DNA of 64,000 bases, taken from assembly GCA_046563655.1 (NCBI GenBank), contig CM102283.1, positions 3,038,001 through 3,102,000 on the forward strand, written 5' to 3'. The stretch is from Yuukianura sp. NJ FZ-2021 (lineage: Eukaryota). The first letter of the stretch is position 1. Each line of letters opens with the position of its first letter. Positions 12,075-27,107 of the stretch are shown piece after piece. Under the pieces are notes generated by a model, which did not search any database, was not told where the DNA came from, and saw only the letters and a program-made list of their open reading frames with translations. The translations under genes and the position numbers were made by a program.

Positions 12075-15000
12075 ATGGAATCGTCAACTTTAATTTACAT
12101 CGTCAGGCGTTGGAGAAATACCGTGAAACCGGTTTTTTGGATCCTGCTGTTCCTATTGGTTGAAATTCACACTTCGCGTGCCGTTTGTCCCAGTGGTTGT
12201 GTTTGTGACGACGAAAATTTGCATGTCAACTGCGTCGACGCCAACTTAGATTTTGTCCCAATCACGCTCAATCCTTTAGTCCAGAAACTCTTGCTCCGAA
12301 ATAACCGAATTCGGAGTGTCGAAACCGGATTCGGTTTTTACCATGAACTGACCTTTGTTGACCTTTCGCACAACCATTTACTCAAAATCTCTCCCGGAAG
12401 TTTCTCCAGTCAGGCGAAACTGACCGAACTCCATTTGAACAACAACAAAATTACGGCCCTGAATAACTACACTTTCGCCTCATTTTATGGTGGGGCCGGT
12501 GGGGCAAGTGGTGGGGCCCGTGGTGGCTTGGGATCTCTGATCCACCTTAATCTCAGAGTGAACTTACTAGAGGTCATTGACCCCGGAATTTTTCTTCACA
12601 CGAGGTCACTCCAGGAGCTTGACCTTGGTCAAAACAGTCTGCGCCAGTTGGACCAAAATGTGTTTCAAGGTCTCGAGTATCTACGCATCCTCCGTTTAGA
12701 CCACAACGAACTTTCTTCAGTGCCGGGAGCCTTTGGAATGGTGATTGACATTCATCATGGACATTTGACCTCTGGTGACCTCAGAGGTCAACGACCCCTT
12801 CGACATGTCAGTGACCCCGTGACCCCTGACGATGGCCAACCACCTCTCCGCCATCTAGTGGAGCTCTTCTTAGGCATGAATCCGATTGACACAATTGACG
12901 CCGGCGCGTTCGAGGCGTTACCGAGCCTTCAAATTTTGGATCTCAAAGGATGTCAACTCGGGGTCATTGACCCCGAAGCTTTCCGTGGCCTAGGTCAACT
13001 TAAAAAGTTGATCTTAATAGATAATAACTTAAAAACGGTGCCGTCACAATCATTTCAGCATGTTACACACTTGGAAGTGCTCAGGATTGGTCGAAATCCG
13101 ATTGTTAAGATCCACCAATCGGATTTTAGAGCCTTAACGGTACTCAAAGTTCTGGAAATCGCTGGAGTACCGGAACTGAGTTCGGTCGAACCGAACTCGT
13201 TTGCCTTCAACCTCGATCTGGAAGTGGTCGAAATCTCAAGTGCCAAATTACTTTCAAATTTGCCGCCAAAATTGTTCAATGGAATCAGCAGTCTGCGCAG
13301 TCTCATTCTTAAGGTAAAACTTTTAAGAACTTTAAGTTGAATTTGTTTTCGTACGATTATGATTTTTTCGTTTTTTGCTTTTGAAAAGTTGAAAATGAAT
13401 ATTTTGACCCCTGTCCATCATATTCTTAAACATGACTCAAGTCTCATGAATAATTTCACAACTTTTTTTGGTTTGCTGAAATTTTTGACCATACAATGAC
13501 TCAGAGTTGGTCTGTAATTAGATTGTACAATGTTGCTCACGATTTCGCTGGAAAAACTTGTACTTGCAAATTGCAATTAGCAAAATAACCTGCTCTGAGC
13601 AAAAACCGCATACGAATGACCCTGAACCGTGGTCTCTTTACTGTTGAAAAAAATTCACACTTTGGCGTCACTTTCGTCACTCACTTGCAACATTTTTGCT
13701 TTAAAAATATTTTTTTTTCGAAACAAACGTTACACAAATATTGTTTAAAAAGCATTTCACAGGACGATGCAAATATTTATTTTTTCTGTCTTATTTGAAA
13801 ATTTGACATTGATTGTTTTTGACCTAGCCAGGTTAAAGTAAACGTTAAAAACTTTAGGCTAGCAGTGTATAACTAAACATTTACCACAAACTTTTAACCT
13901 TCAACAAGATTTAACCAAGCTTGATTTTTAACCTAGTTTTAACTTTTAACATGCCTTGTGTCCAGTTCAGACTTAAGAAATTTGAAGTTTTAACCGCCTT
14001 TTAACCACCGCTAAATTTTTAGCGAGACAATAAAGAATTCTTTAGATCCGTGCCAGGGCTTCGCCCATACCCAGTCAATCGTTCTAATCAGAGTTTTAAC
14101 CGTTAAAAGTTAAAAGAGTTAAAGTTAAATTAAATAAATTAGGTTTTAACCGAGCTTAAGTTTTAACTTAGTTTAAATTTTAGCCAACATTTAACTTTAA
14201 CTAACTTTTTTTTTTGTGTTTCTTAGGAAAATGCCTTCAAGTCCCTCCCAGAAGACCTCGCAAGTTGGCAGAGTCTGCGCAACCTTCAACTTCAGGGGAA
14301 CCCCTTCACTTGCTCATGTGACCTTGCGTGGCTCCGTGACCTCCTAGGGGTGGCCCCTTTCCAGAATTCATCATTCCTCGTTCTATGTGACGGCCCTGCA
14401 GAAGTCTCCGGTCGAAGGGTGGGGGCCCTTAGTGACAAGGACTTAAACTGCAGCGTGGCCTCTCCTTGGCAACAGACACTCCTCGGAGTGACCTTGGCCT
14501 TCGTCATGATCCTTCTCGTCATACTGTTTGTCCTCCTGTACCGATTTCATGACAAAATCAAAAGTTCCTGGAAGAGAAACTGCTTAAGGCGCAATCGCAG
14601 TGCTGGACGGCCCTGCACAACTTCTGCCAGTGTCAAAGCATCTGAGATGGACACTGCCACGAAATCGTCTTTTCTAAGTCACCCGTACAGTGACGAAGAA
14701 TTTGCACTGCGCACGAGTCTAATGACGTCACCCCAATTTCAAAATCCAGCTCAAGGTTACTATACACATGCGCTCAACCCAACCACTCTCCAACGTCAGT
14801 TTAGTAACCATGGTTACCCGGTTCCATTCCAGCATCAGCCGGTTTCTACTGCGCATGAGCAGTACGGTCACCCCAATGGGACGTTCTGTAATAACTACGA
14901 AGCGGAGTATGAAACGCCGCTGAGTCTGGGACTAACGATGTTTCCTGGAGGAAACTCAAATTCAAAAACGTTTTTCGCGCCAAACCCAAATTCGAAAATA

Positions 15001-15120
15001 TTTTCAGCGTCAAATTCAAATTCGCCGCATCACTACGCCACGTCAGGACAGACAATGGACCAGCACCACCATTATGGCCTACAACCACCGTCGAGGCCCA
15101 TTCCCATAACAGAACTGTAG
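12075..15120 (+). CDS. Tartan/capricious-family LRR type I transmembrane protein (exons 12075-13313, 14227-15120)
   Basis: Signal peptide, LRRNT CPSGCVCDDENLHVNC..LDFVPITLNP, tandem LRRs, LRRCT GNPFTCSCDLAWL, TM helix LLGVTLAFVMILLVILFVLLY and C-terminal PITEL. Confidence 0.88.
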
Positions 15121-15775
15121 CAATATTCAACACTAATTTCAATTAAAGTTCAATGACCTGCATAGAAGGTCATTGACTTTGAAGGTCATTGACCTCGTAC
15201 CTTCTGAGATTCTAGATTCCAGAAAATTGTTGTTAATCTTAATATTTTTAACTATTCAACAATATGTGAGCGGTTTCACTTAATTTTTCGTTCCTAGTTA
15301 ATTAAAATTAAAGTTAAAAGTTAAAATTACTGGTTAAAAATTTTTCCAAGACTGTTTGTGTTTTGTAAATGTCTTAAATCGAGATTGAGTCATAGTTAAT
15401 ACTAGCAGTTTAACAAACTTGTGTTATGCTAAGGTATATTTTCGATAGAGCTGAGATAGTTTTTCAACATAAAATTTTATTATTCATAAAATTTGCACAA
15501 TTTCAAGAGAGCAATACAGAAAAACCTGTTTTGATCCAAAATGTGGTTTAAAACTTTCAAATTTTCAAATTAGTGTGTACTAACTAAAAAATGTAGCACT
15601 CTAGTCAACTTTTAATTGAAATCTCTCACAATCTGCTTACTAAAATGTTAATATTCAAAAATTCAAACGGAAATTAAAATTTCGAAAAATCGAAAATCTG
15701 AAAACCGGTAGAGTTTGTCAAAACCAAAATTTGTAACTAGGGTAGTTGTTGAAATTTTGCATGTTCATAACGCCG

Positions 15776-17414
15776 TTAATATCTTCTGTGAGTTCCACGA
15801 TGTCGTCCATTGTTACTTTGTTCAAAGTACATAAAATCCTAAACACAATTAATCCCAATTAGTTTCAACAAGTTAACTAAATCAAACCTTTGAAAACTTT
15901 TTTTAATGCAGCTTACAATCAAAAAACAAGCCCCAAGGAAAACTGCTTTCATTGAAATAGCCAGGTCTACCGGAAACGAAATCCCAAAAGTGTCTGCATC
16001 TATAATCCGCATAAAAATTATTCAAAAAAATCTTTTTAGATAAACTTTTAGTAGTTTTAGTTTAATTTTTGTTTGAGTTGTTCATAGACCTTACTTGTGT
16101 ACATTTCTTGCATCATTCCAGACCAAGTTTTCGAAATTTTCCCAATTTCAGCGTTAGTTGCAATCGAAAAAACTTGAAAATCCACATCAGCACCACAACT
16201 GCAGGCGCCTGCGCAAGACGGACCTTCAATTTGAAAAACCGCTTCTCCTTCGGCATTCAAAATATTAAACTTCGGTGTCCAAAGTGACTCTTGCTCAACT
16301 GTTCCAGCCAAAACTCCCGGGGGTGAAAAAACGCTCATTTTCTGAAACCAGAACACAAAACAAAAACAAAATACAAGAATTTTCAAATTTTCTCAACTTT
16401 TTTTCAAAATTTCGAAATATGAACTTACATTGAATGCACAGCAGCATCCAGCATACGGACGGTCAACAGACATGAGCGGCTGACCTGCAAGGTCGTTGAT
16501 ATTTATATTAAAAGTTCTTGATGCTCCGAGGCACGCTCGATCGCATGCGTCGGATTCTTCAATTGCATTGAAAAGCACCAACCCCTGGGGGGTCATGACC
16601 TTGAATTTTATAAATAATTTTTATTATTTATATTATTCTTATTATTATTTTAATTATTATCATTATTAACATTTAATGTCTATCCCAACGTTGGTAAACA
16701 AAAAATAACTTTTTCTAAAGCAGGTTGTCCAATAATTCGGAGTTTTAACATTTGTTTCAAAGTAGCAAATCTGATTTTACATGGCAATTTTTTGTGCATC
16801 TAATCTGAACGGCATTGGTGCTAAATTGGTGTTAAAAAATTGTTTGAAGCAAGATTTTTGAAAAGCCTGAGTTGAGTTATGGGACAACCTGTTGTACAAA
16901 ATACAATCCGGTTGTCAAAGAACCTTGGTCTAACCTTATAACGATTGTTAGTATCAAATCCAGTGACGACTTCCAGGAGGTCAATTTCTTGCTTGATGAT
17001 GATATGATCCATGGTTGCCAAATAGCTCAATCCTGGTGGGGTCATGGTCATCATCATTGGTTGTTGTGGTGGGACCATTCCAAATTGGGTGGTCCCACCA
17101 GGTGGGGCCGTGGGATACTGAGTCAAGGGCATACCGAATTGATTCACCATGGGAGGAGCCATTCCGAATTGACTCATCGATACGCTCTGTTGCTGCTGCT
17201 GCATTTGCATCAGCAGGGCACTTTGTTCTGGCGTCATGGGCTGAATTCTGTCTGAAAAACGAAAAAAAAAAGTTCAAAATTTTGGAAATTTTCATTTTTC
17301 AAAAAAAAAACTTAAACATTGTTACGTACTGCCTGCTACTCCAAGGCCCGTTGGTTGCTGCACAACGGGATCAGTCGTTTTGACATCCACTCCGTTTTGT
17401 CCAAATCCGTTCAT
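15776..17414 (-). CDS. Phospholipid scramblase (PLSCR family), 6 exons
   Basis: Pro/Gln/Met-rich N-terminus, PPGLSYL...IIIKQEIDLLEVVTGFDTNNRYK, IGKISKTWSG and ADTFGISFPVDL..MKAVFLGACFLIDFMYFE. ATG at 17414, TAA ends at 15776. Confidence 0.92.
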
Positions 17415-18929
17415 TTTCTAAACAGTTTTTAAAGCACAAGAAATTTTCTAAAAAACAAAAAAAAAATATTGAAAACTTTTCGAAAAGTCTTTATAAACTT
17501 CTTTTTTGCTTGCTGATGGAATTGCTCAACATTGAAATTGATTTTCAAACTGAATTCCTTACAATCTTCTACCTGTTGTACAGCTTACTTTTTTGAAGCA
17601 CAACTTTTTTAAAAGACTTTTTCAAAAAGTTGTCGCGTGCAACACGACATGAAAAAATCGAACAACTACATTTTTACTTTACTCAACTTTCTTGAAATTG
17701 CTCACATTACTGATTGATACCACACGAGTTTGAAATTTCAAATGCACTTAAAAACCAAGGTTTCAAAATTTCGAAACCTTCACCTTACATTTCGTGAAAG
17801 TTCAACTCCAAGGGGAAAGCATTCAACAAGCAGCGTAAATGAATGAGCAAATCGATGGTCGCTTTTAAAATTCATACAAAGTAAATGCACTTGAACAGTC
17901 AACGAAAAAATGTTTTTGTTCAACATTTTTTAACTTTAAAAAATACAAAGAACCGAAGTTTGATTGCTAGAATCAAAAGTTTCCTTTATTACTTGAGAAA
18001 CAAGTGATACATGTTACTTTCTGTGCTCATAAAATTTACAACACTCGAGTCAGTAGTTTGAGCGATTAAAGTCTATCAAAAAATAAAATAAAAAGTAATG
18101 AGACCAGCTTCATTTTCTAACAAAATGAATCCGAAAACTTAAAACAAAAAAGTTTAAGTCCAAATTCTTAGGCCCTACGTTTACTCAAGTTTAAAATTAC
18201 CTAAAGCGTCCCCGTTTCTTAAAATTTTGAAAAGTTTCATCCCCTTTTAGTCAAATTTTTTGACTTTCAGTCAAAACCCGAAACTTAACAAAAAAAAAAT
18301 GCAGTTTTAGTCAAATATTTTAACTTTGAGTCAAAGAGCCTAAACTTACAAAAAATGTGTTTCATTCGCTGTCATTTCAATTTTTCACCGTTTTCAGCTA
18401 AAAACATCATTGTTGTACCCGTTTTTCTTAAGCCTGTGTGCAATACACCAAACAGGAACAAAGACAAAAACTAATTAAGTTAATTGAATAATTACAATCT
18501 CTAATTATTGTTAAAAATTTAAAGTTAAGTTATGATTAAAATGTAATGTCATTTCGATGTCCTCTTCTTTTTACACTAATCGTTCTGCCCAGATCTCGTC
18601 AATTCGTAAATTTCCTCTCGATTTCTATTCCTATTAGACTTTTTGTTCCCTAAAATCTATAACTTTCAAAATGTATTTCACACCGTGCTAAATTCAAAAA
18701 AAAAGTCCAAAAAACGAACTTTTTTGAAACATAATGAAGCAATTCTTACCAAAACTAAGCACGATATAACTTCAAAATGACAAAGAGACAAACTAATTAG
18801 CTAAAATCAGGAAAAATGAGAACAAGAAAAATGGAACGTTAACTGTTTCAAATCTGGAAGTCACAAATTTTGTTTCATTTAAAAAGCGGAGAATTCTGAG
18901 CCTGTTTTGAAAATTCAAAATTTTGACAA

Positions 18930-24376
<5,447 letters not shown>

Positions 24377-25209
24377 TTTGAATTGATTGACAGGTCCAGT
24401 TAAGATTGATTCTGTGATTACACGAAGACGACCAACAACGTGTAAATGGAAATCTGCTTGGCCAATTTGTCCACGGATTGTTCTGATGCCAATGTCAATG
24501 AACGTCTTATGTCTGTCTCTGTCACCTCAGCAGTAAATCAGCAACGTAGTAGATAGAAGACTGTCAGCGCGTGGCCCACCATGGATTAAGACGTTGCTCA
24601 ACCAAGAGTTCCTCTTCAATTGACCCAACACGGAAAATTGATGGTTTTTAGCTCAGCTGAGAATGGCAATTCTTGATATCCAAGGTTCAACCACCCACGG
24701 AACTAAAAATAAATCAAAACTCCACTTTACAAACATTGCAATAACGATTCTTTTAGTTACAAAAGTTACACTAAAAAATTCAAACCTTAAACTACTAATT
24801 GGTGATTACTAATCGCTGGCTCTTACGCTTAAGTTTAGTGACTGACGTGAATGAGACTGTGACTGACCTCTTGACATAGCAGCATGCAGTAAACCCCCTC
24901 ATTCTACAACACTTTTTCCGAAAAACCGTAAGTCGTAGGATTTTTGTTCGAAAAAATTCCTAAATCTTTGTTTCACGATAAAAGTTTACCGTAAAATTCT
25001 AAGATTGAGCAATTTTGCTGTAAAGAAACCCAGACATCCAAAAATTGAATCGATCATTCACGTTTTTGGCTCACATTTAGTTACGTTACGGTAAAGAACA
25101 GAAGAGTTATCCAAGTTTCGCAATAAGTTTTACTGTACTGAAAATTGACATACCTTGACCTCTTCCTGGATGGAACACTGGATCTGACAGGAACGTCCGA
25201 TTTTCGTCG

Positions 25210-25223
25210 GTTGCTATGGTAAC
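25210..25223. promoter_or_regulatory. RFX X-box-like palindrome GTTGCTATGGTAAC
   Basis: Matches the GTTGCYATGGYAAC X-box consensus. It lies just upstream of a candidate non-coding retm exon whose minus-strand donor AAG|GTATGT is at about 25152. Confidence 0.55.
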
Positions 25224-26005
25224 GGTAGAGTATTTGACAGCTAGAGCGAAGCAGCTGGTTTTAAGAGGATTCTGTCCTGTCCACCTACACCACTACTGAC
25301 ATGAGACAGACACTTTTTAGTGTGCAAATATTTATTGATCCTCAATTTCATTCAAAAGGAACAAACACTCTCTCCCGAGGTGTGCAAAATACTCAACTGA
25401 AACACTTTGCCAAAAATTGCACAGAAGGGAGCCCACTTCCATTGAATTATGGAGGCACCCAAATCCTGACGAAGTGGGCCGCTACTTGCCACATTTTTTA
25501 ACATGCGGACATGCCTGTTCCACATGTAACAAATGTGGTATGTAGTACTTCCTTAAATCCCACTTTGCACCAAAGCTTTACTTACACTTTTGACAGTTTA
25601 GTCATGAAAACTTCATTAGAGCAGAAATCAATTAAACAATTAAGTTACTTGATAATGATGTAAATACTGCCTAATTGTGGTAAGACAATTAATTAATGCC
25701 TGTAGTTCGTACAGGTGAGAGTGCTTCTTTTTTTTCACTGCTCTGCGATGTAAAGTACAACGCGAACAGCCGACCGGTCGTGAAGCAAAAACGCTTGTCG
25801 CTTACTGTTGAAAATGTTAAAAATTCAATCGATTTTCGGAACACGGGTTGTTTGAATGTAAAAAATGTTCGTTTTTATTCCGGACTTTCAATTTGGAGCT
25901 AAATTGCGACACCAGAGAGCAGCCAATTTTTTTTTTTTGAAAACTGGGCACAAGTTGAAAACAAGTCGTAGTTTTAGTTTCAATTGGATTTTGATAGACG
26001 ATGAT

Positions 26006-26463
26006 TCACTTCATGAGCTCCAGTTCCTCGGCTACACTCTGCTCAATTATGACCTAATAAAAAGTAATTAGTTTAGGTTAATTGAGAGTTCACTAAAGAA
26101 CTAAATTGTTAATCTTGATTTCCAAGGGATTCACCTTGTATAAAGCCTTGACATAATCCGAAGTTAAGCCGACCTTTGACCCTGCTGAACACAAAATGGC
26201 GATCAAGGACACCTCTCGTTGTAAATCCCTCACTGGCATTCCATTGGCTCTTTTGACCTCTCCAACTTCCAGGACCAACTCACGTCTTCTTCCCAGTAAC
26301 TTTATGATCTCTTGGTCCGTAGCTGTGATCTCCTTCCGAAGTCCATCCAGAAGATAACCTTTACCTTCAAGTTAATAATTAGTTAATTAGCACTTGACTT
26401 TCTTAATTAACTTCTTAATTGTCAATTACTTGCGTCCACAGTACTTCCAGTTCCAGCTTCCAT
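26006..26463 (-). CDS. Chorismate mutase, AroQ/type II (CM_2), PheA-like; probable horizontally acquired gene; 103 aa; coding exons 26463-26430, 26364-26135, 26053-26006
   Basis: Spliced product: MEAGTGSTVDASKGYLLDGLRKEITATDQEIIKLLGRRRELVLEVGEVKRANGMPVRDLQREVSLIAILCSAGSKVGLTSDYVKALYKVIIEQSVAEELELMK*. It aligns without gaps to the E. coli PheA CM domain as I recall it, with R11, R28, K39, D48, R51, E52 and S84 conserved. Introns are 65 and 81 nt, plus a 5'UTR intron at 26610-26528. Confidence 0.9.
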
Positions 26464-27107
26464 TGTGATTGTGAATCACTCCCCTTGCTCTTGATCTGAT
26501 CTCCTTCCAACGACTGTTTCTCTTCTCCTGCAACATTCAAATCTGTTAACATCTGCTACTGCATTAATCCGCGACTTAATTAATTTAACTGACATAAAGT
26601 TATTACTTACCTTTGTGCTTCACTTAAGTTTTACTCTTAACTTTCACTTTTAACTTAAGTTAATCCTCAAACTTAAGCCTATTTTTGACAAATTTTTATT
26701 AACCTTGTATCCTAAAATTAAGGTTACTCAGTTATGCTAATTAATGTCTAACATGAGACTTGAAATTATGCTTAGGAGAAAACAAGGTTTCCTTTGAAGG
26801 GTATATACACTTAAATTACAAAAAAGTCACGGGAATGTTAACTTTAACCTTAACACTAACTGCAATTACTTTTATAATACACTTTAGTCTATGTTTGCAT
26901 CCAAATCCACTAAAACTCAACCTTCCTCCAACCATATTAACCTAATTTTAATTCAAAAACTTTTGTAAGTTTTTGAAAATTTAAATTATTCCAGGACCGC
27001 TCTACGAGCAACTTAACAAAGATCGACAAAGTCAAAAAATCAAAATCCAAAAAATTCAACTTTCAAAAAAAAAGTTGTGTTTGGTAAGCTAATCTCACCG
27101 TTTGTCC

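Noticed and set aside
26006-26463. Bacterial contamination as the explanation for the chorismate mutase
   Set aside because: The domain is split by spliceosomal GT-AG introns and is contiguous with animal genes. No operon context or fused prephenate dehydratase is present.
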